From: Seison nebaliae
Lineage: Eukaryota
Length of the DNA: 41,205 nt
Assembly (NCBI GenBank): GCA_023231475.1
Contig: JALJEE010001868.1
Coordinates: 1 to 41,205, forward strand
Reading direction: 5' to 3'
Each line of letters begins with the position of its first letter. Positions within the stretch are counted from its first letter, which is position 1. A model generated the notes under the pieces. That model did no database searches, was not told the origin of the DNA, and saw only the letters and a program-made list of their open reading frames with translations. Below, in pieces: positions 19,312 to 33,000 of the stretch. Both the position numbers and the translations under genes were made by a program.

Positions 19312-21246
19312 TTTTTTGAAATTCTTCCGAAGTTTTTAATTCAAAATCGACTTTTTCTCACGTAATTTCCCCCCATTTTCCCCAGTATTCTCCTAGTCAA
19401 AATTAGTTGTGCTCTTCCATTTTTTTCCTCTTTAAATTTATTTCATTAAAATTTTAAAAAAATAATAATCGAATATTCATAATCATAATAATCATCATCT
19501 TCATCGTCGTCAAATAAATCAATTATAAGAGATGAGATTTAATAGATTGATAATAAATTGATATTGAATGATCTAATCGATCTTTTCATGAATTTGATAA
19601 GAGAATGAAATGTGAATAAATTAGTAGGAATGAGATGAAGTATATAATAAAATTGAGAATAATGATGTCATGCAATTCAATCGATTATTAAAATGAGAAG
19701 GTGTATCGATAATTTTATGTCCATAAAACTCGTCATTGTCATTGTTGATTTGATGAATGAATAGAAACCTCAACGAAACCTCATTCACGTCTCTCACATA
19801 GTCCAATAATCTCCTTATACACACAATAATACATCCACTGACAACAAGAGAAAGAAGAGCGAATAAACAGTAATAAACGTATTAAGGCAGAAATAATTAG
19901 GCGAGATGATCAAATAATAAAAATGAAAAGAAAAGTAATGTGTTGACGTTTGATGGACAAGAGGAAATATTAGGAGAATAATTATTAATCGAATTATTAT
20001 CTTCATCAATCTCTTCCCCTCTCACATTCGCCACCTCCAATCATTTCGATCAGCTGTTTTGACAACATTATCATTTCCGTTCTCCTTTTCTTCCATCGAC
20101 AATTCTACTTGTCTCATTACACTCATCAATACATCTCTAATTGGTTTATCGGACAAAAATCACATTGTCCCATTACGAAAATTTCAAAAATAATTTCGTC
20201 GTTTTCTTCACTTATTTGAAAATTCTTTTACTCAATATTATTTCATTAATGGAGGATAATATGATGATATTTATTTGAAATATAATTGAGTAATATATTA
20301 TATATATATTACATGAGTGTCATTTTGTCCAATTTTAAAAATTATAATTAAAAGAAATATTTTGTCCTAGAGACTTCATTTGTCATATTGTAATAATTTA
20401 TCTTTATTGTATTCCAATTCTCAGAGTGGAAATTCGTTTGAAATTCAAATGTTTTTCTTTCAGACATTCTTATCTTTATTTCTTTTTCATTCAATTTCGA
20501 TAAAGTTTTGTTCCTATTAGGAGAAATGTCAAAACCATATTGTTCTCTCAGCTGATTTCACCGTGGAATTGTGGAATGTAAAAATCGGGAATTTATTTCA
20601 TGTTTGGAAGAAGGAAAGTTTCAGGGACTACAAATCCGTTTATTCTACTATTTGGATGGTAGAAAGAGTAATAATAATAAAACATTCTTCTATATTCATT
20701 CCTTTTTTTTTGAAATTGATGGTTTATCTTCCTTCACACGACATCGGAACAATCAACTATTCCATGAATGTTATTGATGGATTTTGGATTTATGAAAATA
20801 AACAAAAAATTAATCATGTTCCCCGTTAGATTTGGAGAGGAATTGAGGGGAGTGAGGAGATTCATTAAAATTTCTCATTATTTTCTTAACACATTTATGG
20901 GGGGAGTGAATCAGTTAAACTTATCATCAACTCTACATCTCTCAGGTGTTGTTGATCGAGTCCATCCCGATTTATTCGCAGGAGTACACACAACATCTCG
21001 TGTACACGTTCGACTTGGCAAACAGTTGCTGAAAACGCCATTTCTCCTTTATTACTGGATAATATTCGCCTTTTGTCCATATCATATGCTTAGTACGCGG
21101 ACCGTTCGATCTCGTCAGTTGTACCGAATGGTCGAAAGAGATACAACTTCTCATATCAGACTCTCCCAATATATATCCCTCGACCCATCCACCACAGAGG
21201 AATGATCGAATTAATTTAGAAAAGGGACAAAATCGCCGCAGACCGC

Positions 21247-21262
21247 CACACACACACACACA
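21247..21262. repeat. (CA)8 microsatellite
   Basis: Read directly from the sequence. Confidence 0.9.
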
Positions 21263-23325
21263 GACAAATATCGTTCGAAGATAAAAAAAAAGAAAATAAA
21301 AGATTAAAAAAATGGAGAAATAGTTTTGGTGGAAAGTTTGATGTTGTATATCGAAATGAAGAGAGAGACATAATCTCTTCCGTTAACCTCCAATTAGATG
21401 ATGAGGACGATGGCTAGAAATAATTCTCATAATTAACTATCCCCGTCGGAAAAAGAGATGGAGAGACAGATGATGGAAAATTAAATGTTTTGCGGCTTCA
21501 CTTTCTCCCATTTGGATCTCCATTAACATTTAAATTTCATCATTATTATTATTATGATGATGATGATGATTGCTGAAAACGGAATAATGAAGACTAATGT
21601 TATTGTTGTTATTCTTCTTATTAGTTCGACTAACTTGATGGATATAGACAGCTCCATCTTTATGTTATTATTGTTTGATCCCTAAAGTTAGTTGGTGTGG
21701 AAAGCAGTTCGTTTCCACCCCACAACAACTTCGAAACTATCAATTTATTTCATTCTACTATAGGAACACAATAAAATAAATTATTTTCTGCTGGAATTGT
21801 AATAGCTCAAATTGTTAGTTGGAGACTTAATCGATTAAGTTTTAGGTAGAATGAGTTCGTGCATTATATCCTATTTCCTTCTACTCCTCCTTATATTTCC
21901 TCCATTAGTTTCCTCCAAATTTAGTTTCCCATAAATTATCATCAAACAACTTTCTCAATGACAAGTGACTTGATAGTTCACATTCGTAAGGAAACTCTCT
22001 TTCTTTCTTGAGAATTTATTCGTCTTTTTCATAGAAATTAACTCCATCATTGTCGATTTAAACCGGAAATCGAAAGTCATATCAATATCATCAAATTCTA
22101 TTCCACATTCCACAGTAAATAAACTATTCATAATGTTTCATAAACATAGAATGTTGTGGAATATACAACATATATGGAAACTGTTTGTAGGTCTCAATAT
22201 AACGTATATCTTTCGACTAAATATAGTACATGTATGTATGTGAGCAGATGTAGAATTAAAAAACTCTAGCACGAACTTCGTACAATTCGAAGACTTGGCA
22301 ATTCAAAATGTATGTAAGACTAAAACAACGACGAAAAAGTAAATGAATATATTTTAAATTTCTTTATTTATGAAAATCTCTAAAGTGTCAAATTTTCGAA
22401 TTGTGTCCTCGTACGACTACCTCGAAATTCTTTACTAATAGTAAAGATCGATAACATGTATAATAAGAAACTGGCATTAATGTACTTTAGAATTTTATAC
22501 TTTTAAATTTTAAAAGAAGATAAGAAATTGTTATTTTATCAGTTGGATTTTACTAAATAATAGCAACGTCTTGAATGTTTATAATTCTATACTTTTATGA
22601 ACATTCAAACTTATATCATTATTTATAGTATATATTATAATTTTAATATTTGACGTTTAATGCGAAAATGGTTTTAAAGATGTTGTTTTAATGAAAACTA
22701 TAAAACACATTATCAGATGTTGTACATATATTATCTGTCTTAAGAGTTTTAAACCATGTATCTACTGATATACAAATGATGTGTATTTATGGTAATCGAC
22801 ATTAGAGTTAACATTATCCCACTTTCTCCAACTTGTCCGATTTGACGGAAATGTATATTTTATTAAATATTTTTATGATGATGACGAGGATTGTTGCGCA
22901 TTGATTAATTATTTAATCTTTGTTTCCATAGTAATTATAATTACGAATTGATTATGCTCTTTAAATGTCGTAAAATTTTTTTTATTTCATGATTAATTGA
23001 AATTTCGAGAACTGACGACGGATAATATTAATACTATTGAATTGAAGAATTTTGTAACTATAAAAATCAATTAATACTCCTAAATAAATTGAGTAATTTA
23101 GAGAGTTTTGATGATTAAATAAAAGTTATTTCAATTCGAACGTGGGGGATTGAAGAATGATTAACTTCCGAGAAAGAGGAGAATATATTTCTAATGATTT
23201 CATTATTGTAATTAGAGAATCTTCATTGTTTGAGAGAAATTGAGAAGAAGAGAGTTGTTGTTGGATGTCGGTGGGTGATTAACATTCTCTCGCAGACTCC
23301 GTCCGATGAACTCTTTTCTCTTGGT

Positions 23326-23359
23326 TATATAAAAAGTGAGTAATGTGACGCAGTCATTC
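23326..23359 (+). promoter_or_regulatory. Candidate TATA box plus initiator for the spectrin gene
   Basis: TATATAAAAAG at 23326-23336 and TCATTC (TCAKTY-type Inr, A at 23356) about 30 nt downstream, with a TGACG half-CRE between them. Downstream pyrimidine-AG acceptors (near 23667 and 23882) suggest spliced 5' UTR exons. Confidence 0.45.
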
Positions 23360-23563
23360 CCGATGAATTTGAATTTCGGAATAAAAGTCAGAGAATTACA
23401 TAAGAATTTATGTCGATGTTCAAGAAAGTAGTGTTCGGAATTTTTTTTAGATTTCTCTCAATGTTTACGTTTCTCTCCGTTTGCCTCTTGCTCTGTAGTC
23501 TCGACACCGAATCTGAAGGAGATGTCCATATAAAAATGAAAGTTGTGTATATATACTGATATA

Positions 23564-23580
23564 TGTGTGTGTGTGTGTGT
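23564..23580. repeat. (TG)8 microsatellite
   Basis: Read directly from the sequence. Confidence 0.9.
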
Positions 23581-24008
23581 TGAATGGAATGTATATTTAT
23601 TTTTATGTAAATTTCAATTTTAAGATTTTTCTTTTGAAAATTTATTGAATTTCTTATCATTTCTAGTTAGTGTCATTGGTCAGGGTTATCTTCATTTTAT
23701 CATAACGAGAACGGTATTTACATTTGACTGGTGAATCATTTGGAATTCGCTCAATTCTTTCTTCCAAATAACTCGGAATAACTCTCACAATTAATTTGAT
23801 TCTGATTCATTCGGAAACACTTTTCACATTCACTCTCCATTCCATTACAATAATTCAATTTCATACATTTTCTTTTTACCAGAACGTTCTTTTTAGTGAG
23901 AAGTTTCATCCGTCGTACGATTTTCTCGTGTCGCTTCCGAGTAAAATTTCAAAGAGAAGCCTTTATCATTTGGAAGAAGCTCAAGTTCAAGAACGAAATC
24001 TTTTTACA

Positions 24009-27000
24009 ATGTACGGTGCGGATGACGGACAGGTTCATACAATTGTTTATTGAGAGAGAATGATGCGAATGAGTGCTGCACGTCTCATGGAAGATGAGGT
24101 AATATTAATCATCATTTTATTTCACATGTCTCCCATTGTCTTTCTGTCATCCTCTTATTATTTCTCGTAAAATTTGGGCGGGAAAACTTGTGATATGTAG
24201 TAATTGATTGTGTGCATTTTCTGTGCACTTTTCGTGCATGTTCTCAAAAGTGTAATTAACGTGATTTTTCTCAAATTTTATTTTCAAGATGGATTCGTTG
24301 AAAACATTCGAATCCCAACGGATCGGTCTACTAAAACAGGAATTGGCGGAAATCCAGAAGAAGACGTTCACCAAATGGTGCAATGCACATTTGAAGCAGA
24401 GTAGAAGCAAAATGGAAATTAGAGATCTATTCTCTGATTTGAGTAATGGAACGCTTCTAATGATTCTATTAGAACAGATTACGGGCGAGAAAATCGGTAG
24501 ACCGAATGGCGGTCGATTACGAGTGCAAAAAATGGAGAATGTGAATCGTGCACTTAATTTCGTGCAGTCCAAAGTGAGATTGGAAGGAATCGGTCCGGAG
24601 GATGTGGTAGATAAAAATCCCACGTTAATTCTCGGTTTGATTTGGACGATCATTCTACGTTTTCAAATTCAACCGATTGAGATGGTAGAGGAAGAGGAAA
24701 CGAAGGAAAAACGATCAGCGAAAGAAGCGCTCTTACTCTGGTGTCAGAGGAGAACTCAAACATACCCAAATATTGACATTACTAATTTTACGACAAGTTG
24801 GCGAAACGGTCTCGCTTTTTGTGCATTGATTCATTCGCACAATCCAAATTTGTTGGACTATCAAAAATTGGAGGAAAGAAATGAATTACAAAATCTCCGT
24901 TTGGCTTTCAATACGGCGGAGCAGCATTTGGGTATAGCGAAAATTTTGGATGAAGAAGATATCGCCGTCGATCGACCAGACGACAAAGTGGTGATGACAT
25001 ATGTGAGTTTATATTATCATAAATTTGCTCAAATGAATCCAGGAAAAGTGGGAGGAAAACGGTTAACAAAATTAATGAAAAATTTGTTAGAAATACTCGA
25101 AATGAGAATGGAATTCGAGAAGAAAGCAAGATCATTAATAATTTGGATTGAACGAACTTGTGATGAATTGAAATCATTTCAACTTCTCTTCACTACTAAA
25201 CATTATAAATTGGACGAAGCACAATTATTAAATGCACAATTTGTCAATTATCGAAAAACGGAAAGACGACAATATTTGGATGAGAAAGGTGAATTAGAAT
25301 CCCTCTTTTATCGTATCACCACAACATTAGTAGCGAATAATATGAGACATTATGATCCTCCAATCGATTTGTCATTATCATCTATCGAGAATTGGTGGCG
25401 ACAATTAGAGAAATTGGAATCAGAAAAAGAAAGAAAATTAAAAGATGAAATTATTCGACTTCAACGATTGGAATGGACAGCGGAGACATTTGAACGGAAA
25501 GCAAGAATTCGTGAAGCTTGGTTAAATGAAATGGGATTATTATTAGAGAAGACAACGAACAATATCGATTTTAATTTACATTCCATCGAAAATCAAATGA
25601 AACGGTTTGAAGGATTCTCTACAAATATCGAATGTGGTGAGAAACGAATAACAGCACTCGCTCAATTATGTGAAAGATTGAGATTGGAGAATTATTATGA
25701 CACACTTATCATTCAGCGACGGAATCAGGATATTCAAAAAAAATGGCAACGATTATCACAACAGACTTATAATATCAATAAGAATTTATCAACGATGAGT
25801 GAATTACATTTATTATTTCAAGGAATGCAACAAATGCAACATGAAATTGAAAAATATCAACCTTTCATTTCCGTCGATGCGACGGCACAAGCTAATGGTC
25901 GTCATTTAATCGGTTGTTCACATTTATTACAACGACATCAATTTCTCATAGTTAATATACGAGGAATGGAAACATCATTAAAATCACTTCATCGACGAGC
26001 ACAACCTCATATGAGAATTTTGGGAGTTGACGTCAACAAATCACAAATAGACGAGAAAGAATTAGAAATCGCTTCAGATGTTAAGAAGAGAATGGATGAT
26101 TTAGATTCTATGTATGATCAGTTACATAATGCGACGAAATATCGGGAAGATATCCTGTTGGGATATCGTTACATCTTCTTCCAAATGGAACAAAGTAGTG
26201 AATTAATCGATTGGTTATCAGGTCGTTATGATATGTTATCGGATTTATATAAAAGTACATTTGGTCATATGTTTTTTTTACGACGGAAAAATTTCGATCA
26301 AGTTATCATCGCCATTTCCGTTCATCAGAGAACTGATGAAGAATATCGTGTTCGAGCGACGAAAATGAATGAGATTTATAATAATATGAAATGCATTTTA
26401 AAACCGGATGATGATTCAGATGAAATCTTTCAAGAACGATCGTCGATGATAGATGATATTAGATTTCAAAGATCATCTAAGGATAATTATCGGCGTGCTG
26501 GTAGTATCGTTGTTGATTATGGAATGAATGATGCGGGAAATGAAGATATGAATCAAGGACGACAATTCGCCATGAAATTATTTCAGACAGCTGATCACAC
26601 CGTTGTTGATACGAAAAATTTATTCGAACGACGTTGGAATGATTTGAATCGATTGATGAATTCTTTGAAATGTTTGAGTAGTGGGAATAAAGAGAAATTG
26701 TTACTTTTGAAACGATTCGTTAAATTCGTTCACGAATGTGAAGAAAATGAGAAATTGATTAAAGAGAAATTGATGTTATTCCAATCGACATCCACATCCA
26801 TTACCGATCATCGACATATCCAAATGAAGGAGACGATGGAATTATTCTCCATCGAAATTGGACGTCTCAATGAGAATTGTGTGAAATTGGAGAATGATTT
26901 GAATGGATTCCGAACGGAATTTGAAAATGATTCGAAAACTTTAGAAAATTTAAATAATTTAAATAGTTCAAATATAAATAAAAATGAAGTGGAAGTTCTT

Positions 27001-30000
27001 TTCACTTATTCGAAAGGGAAAGGAATGCCAGTGAAGAAAGGTGAACGATTAACTCTGATAAAGAAAACGAATGATGATTGGTGGTTAGTTGAGAAGAGCG
27101 ATCGATCGAGAGGTTATGTTCCGGCGAATTACGTGAAAGAATTTGAAAAATCGACAAATTTGAATGAAATGAGTGGAAATTATTCGGATAATTTCAATGA
27201 GAAATTAATTGGAGCGATGAGAAATCATTTGAAAGAGTGCGATGATTTATATGATCAATTAACGGTTCTGACGACGGAATATGTGAAGAAAGTGGAATGG
27301 ACAAATATGTGGAATGATTATCGATCCAATGTCGAACAATTGATGAATTGGTGTGATTATAACGAAAATATTTTGAACGATGCCGAATCTATTCTCAACA
27401 TCATTCATCAACGACATCAACAATTCCGATTATTCCTTCAGGAATTCCATCAACATAAAATCGTTTATTTGAAATTGAACGAACAATTCCAGAAACAGTT
27501 GGCAGGTCAATTGAAAACGGAGGAGACGATGAGTAACAAACTGGTCAATGTGAGATTGGTGGAGAGTTGGACACGAATCGAAAAATTATATCAACAACTT
27601 CAACAATATTTTGAAAATTTCGAATTGATCGAACAATTTAATTCGAAATATTCAGAAATGGATAATTGGCTGATGGAGAAGATCAATACGATGGAAAAGG
27701 AGATTGACGAATTAGTTTCTCATGATATTCCCTCAGGTAAATTGACGAGTCGAACAATCTCTTCGTTGAGTAATCGATGTTCGGTGGTGGAAAAAGAATT
27801 GACAGAAATGGGAAAAGGAATTGAAAAATTACATGAAAATGGACGTTTATTAGGAGAGTCATTATATCAGGAGAATTCAATTATCGATAGTCGATTGAAT
27901 CATATCGATTCATTGAATGATGAATTGAGTCGATTGATCGAACAACAAAATATGAATTTAGAGAAACGTAGAGGTTATGGTCAATTAATGCAAGAGGCGG
28001 AGGATTTGTTACGATCTTATGAAGAAGTATTTGAAAATTTAAATGAATTAATTTCCACCAATCCTCAAGACATCAAAGAGACTCAACGTCGACTCGACGA
28101 TTTCCATGAGAAAGTAGAGAATAATTTAAATTTATGTAATCTGAAACATAAAGAATTCCTCCAAATTACCGAACGTCTTGAGAAGAAATTGAATACGATT
28201 CCATCGAACGAGAAAATTCCGGAAGATCAACAAATTTCAGCTAGGAAATTGGAGAATGAGATGAGCGAATTACATCAATTGCAGAAAGAGATTGGACGTC
28301 GAATGAAGAAAGGTAAAGAATTCCTCGAAGATTTTTATCGTCTTCATACGTTCGATAAAAACATCACTGAATTGAATGTGAAAAGTAGTGAACATGAAAA
28401 TTTTCTTCTTTACGAAAATTTGGGGACGACATTGGACGAATGTGTCACTTTGTTAAGGAGACATCATGATTTCCAACATAAACTCACATCTCAAGATAAT
28501 CGAATTAGTCAAATTTTAGATAAAGATGCGGAAGAATTGATCTCGTCAGCTCATTCGTCTTCCAATCAAATTATTCAAAAAAGAAATGATTTTATTAAAC
28601 GTCGAAAGAAGATTTTGATGAATGCTGACGAACGAGAACATGCCCTCCTCCAAACACGAACTTTCTATGAATGGAAACAATTAACATTGGAATTTGAACA
28701 TTCTCTCACCGAAAAACGCGACGATATTACCGTTATAGTATCCAATTATATGACTCATGGTCATGAGCAGACATTGAATAATTTCGATCGGAAACTTCAA
28801 CGATTATCAGCCATCGAACATGAAATGAATGCAAATGAACAAGAATTGAATAATATTCATGATAGTGGAACGAAATTAATTCGTAGTCAAAATCGATGGG
28901 AGAAAGACGTTCGTCAAATCATTCGAGCAATGCACGAACATTGGACACAATTATGTCACGAAATATGTATCGAACGTGACTCGTTAGTTCGTCAACGATC
29001 CAAACTCGATTCGACAATGGCATTGGCTCATGTCGATAATCGGATCGAACGATTACGTGGACTATTATTGAATAGTAAAACTCGTTTGACATCTCAATCG
29101 AAATTATCGTTGAAAAGTGACGATAGTGATAATGTTTCTGATACGATAACAAATATTCATTTATTAAGGAAACAAGACGATGGTTTGAGACATATCGCTG
29201 ATCAATTGGCAGTAGAGAAAGAGACGTTAGAGAAACAAATTAGTGATGGTTCGTTGAATAATGTGGAAACATATTTGATGAAATTGAATGATTTACATCC
29301 ACTCCTTCAACAGAAAAAGAAACAATTAGATAATAATTTAAAATTTCATGAATTAATGCAAACGATGGAAGAAAAGAAATTTTGGATTGTCGAACAATTA
29401 ATCCATCTTTCAGATATAATCAAATCATCAAAATTATCAAAATTTTCAGAATTGAATGACGTTCAACGATTAAGTGATCGCCAGAAAGATTATCATCGTG
29501 ATATCGATATCAGACGACAACCGTTGATGGAATTATTCAAAAATTTCGATAGTCAATTCCCTAATGAATTCTCGACGAGACTTCGCGACTCACTTAAAGG
29601 AATGATGAATGAATTGAAACAATTATTCGATCTATTAGAATCAGTTGATGATTTATGGAAACGAGCCATTGACGCTCTCTCCATCTCATTGAATAGTCGT
29701 TCACAATTAAATGATACGAATGTGTGGATTAATGAGACGAAAAGTATCCTTCAAACAATAACGAAAGAATGTGTAGTGAACGAATTTGGTATTGATCATG
29801 ATAATTTTGAAAATTTGATGGTGAAATATCGGTCGATTGTTGAAGAAGATGAAATGCAACATCGACGATTAGGTGAAGACATTCCCAAACACATCGAACA
29901 ATTGGAGAAGGAAACGCAGAAATTGAAGTGTTTCATTCCTGCCACTTATCCAGCCGAATATCTTCATACAAATCAACAACAACATGAATTGTTGGACGTC

Positions 30001-33000
30001 GTTCATTGTCTGTTATATGAACCGAATATGTTGAATAATTGTTTGGTGATAGACAGTAATTATTTGCATGATGAATTAAGAAGTACTCGATTGAATTTGG
30101 AGGAAGTACATGGAAGTGTTATGAAATATAAAAAATATTTAAATTTCTCTTCACATTTATATGAAGATTATGAGAAGATTGAAACGTTTAATGAATGGCT
30201 TAATTATCAGGAGACTAAAGTGGAGCAGAATGAAGCAATTCTCCAGAATATCTTGAATGAATTATTAGGTGAATTGTTAGGTGATGGAAAGACAACAGGT
30301 GATGATGGTAAAATGGATACGATCGAATCCATTCAAATTATGAATTCGAAATTTGATGGAATTGTTCAATTATTAACGAAAATTGAAGGACCGAAAAAAT
30401 TGGAAAAATTAAATTTTATCACTTCAGTGAAAGTGACAATTTATAACGATAACGATATCGATGAACGATTAATGAGAAGAAAGAAGAAACATAATGATCT
30501 CGTTTCCAGATATACCGATTTGTGTGATCATGCTACAAATTTAATGAAACGACGAAAAGATGTGACGGTTTGGTTACAATTGCTCATGATCTTCACCGAT
30601 ATCGATGAGAGAATTCGATATAAAGAAATGAGAGATTTTCAACCACTTTGGGAGATGTTGTTCGAAAGTACCGTCACAAAAACGGAAATCGTAACAGATA
30701 ATCATGTAGTGCAATTAAGTCGGAAACAAGACAATTTATGGAATGAACTTTCACTCATCGAAATGAAATTAAATGAAGCGACAAATGAAAATGATGTTCT
30801 TCGACGATCTACCACCGTCGTTGATAAAACTTTAAATTCCATCATTCGAGAAACAAATATACAAATGGAATCATTAACTGATCGATGGACGAAATTTAGT
30901 GAGAAAGCGAAAATTTTAGCACGACGTATCGATACCGTTTGTAATTTACAACGATTCTTTTCCATGTCTAAACAATTGAAGGAATGGATTGTCGATTGGA
31001 AAAAAGATATTAGTACAACTCGTCAAATTTTCGATATGAATGATGCCGATGATTATTTAGAGGAACATCGTCAATCGGAAAAAACTCTTATATCGAAAAA
31101 GAATGATATCGATGTATGGAAAGAATTCGGATGTTCGTTCAACATTGTCGGAAACACATCATTGGATAGTCAGGAAGATGTGAAAAATGTTTCAGTTCAA
31201 TCGAATGACGAAAAAGAAATTTTACGAGATGAATTCGATTTAATAAAAATTCAAATTGAACTTATTGAAAATGATTATGAAGAATTGTTGAGTTTATGGA
31301 ATTCGAAATTGAAATTCATCGAACAATTGAAATCACAACAGAAATTTATTCATGACGCAAATAAAATTCAACATTCGATCATGTTCTGTAAGAATCATTT
31401 GACGAACGAATCATATTCAGGATCATTGACACAAATCGATTTATATTTAAATCAACACGAATTATTCATCGATGATAAATTACGGGGATTAGGCGAGAAA
31501 ATTAACAAATTCCAACAATTGTCATTGGAACATGAAACTAAGGGTCATTTTGATCATGTTTTTTTCAAATCTCAAGTGACGAATTTAAAAACGGATTTTC
31601 AATTTCTCTCCAGATTGTCCGATGAACGACATCGATTACTTCAATTATTTAAACGATGTCGAATTGGAGAACGTGATGGAAATGAAACGGTTCTGTGGTT
31701 GAATGATCAATTGATGGATTTTGAAAAACAATCATCTTTACTTAGCAGTCAAGTGGATTTGGAGGAGAAAGCGTCACAATTAAACCGTTTACAAGTCATG
31801 AACAATGAGATCGATAGTTATGATGTGACGATCAATAAATTATTATTGAGATTCGACGAGCTATTGAAAGAATTGGAAGAGACGAAATTCTATGTTAATT
31901 CCGATCGATGTTGTATCATTGAAACGTTATCGATGAATCATCGTCAACAAAATTCGAATGTGATGGAAGAAAAGAAATGGAAGAAAGAGAAGAAAGAAAA
32001 AAAAAGATATTCGACATCGATTGCACCAGATATTTCTCCATTACTTCGATTACAACAAGCAATTGATGATGATCGGATGTTGTTTGAGAAGAAGAAAAAT
32101 GAAATTAAAATGAAACGAAATGAATTATTGAGAGAACGAGATCATCATCATCGTCTATTGTCGAAACAAGAAGAATTGTTGAATTATTTCAATCAAATGC
32201 AACAAGTCAATAGTTGGTTAGATGAGAGACGATTCATGTTGAATATGCAGGATATTGGTGATGATTATGAACATTGTCAAGAATTAATGCATCGATTAGA
32301 TGTAAGATCTATTGATTCATTCATCAATGACGATCAAATCGAATTATTAAAAAAGAAAAGTCTCCAACTTCTCTCTGATGAGATCGATCGACATATTCGA
32401 GAAGATATCGAACAAAGACTCCAATTCATCATTCACAACAAAGAGCAAATTATTCGAATGATGAAGAATTATCATCGACGATTGAAAGATTCGTTACAAT
32501 TACACAAACTCATCAAAGATGCACAAGAATTATTAGAGGAAATTAATGAAAAAATCTCCATCGTATCATCGATAAATCCCGAACAATTTTTCAAAGATCG
32601 CGATATTCAAACCGTTCAATCTAATCAACATATTCTTAACAATGTTCAAACGAACGTTCGATTATTATCGACACAACGAGAGAAATTATTAAAGATGATC
32701 AATTCGTGTGTCTCACAAACCATTCAAAAGGAATTCGTCGCATCAGGAAACGAACGAGGTCGAAATCGTCAAACTCAAAGAAATGGTCAATCAAGAACGA
32801 TGACAAGAAGTCGGACACGATCGTGTGAGAATTCGGCAGAGAAACAAAAAGAAGAATTGGAAAGACAACTTCTCCGATTGAGATTGACGATGGATGATCA
32901 ATGGAATGAATTGAATGAATCAGTCAGACATCATGAAACTCTTCTCAATTTCGCTTATGATTGGCAGAAAAGTCTCTCGGAATGTCGCGAATTAATTCGA

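Noticed and set aside
21247..23580. (CA)8 and (TG)8 as inverted ends of a 2.3-kb element
   Set aside because: Simple microsatellites; no flanking similarity or TSD.
24033..24056. 24-nt intron joining the two short spectrin first exons
   Set aside because: In frame, but shorter than any other intron here and lacking a pyrimidine-rich acceptor.
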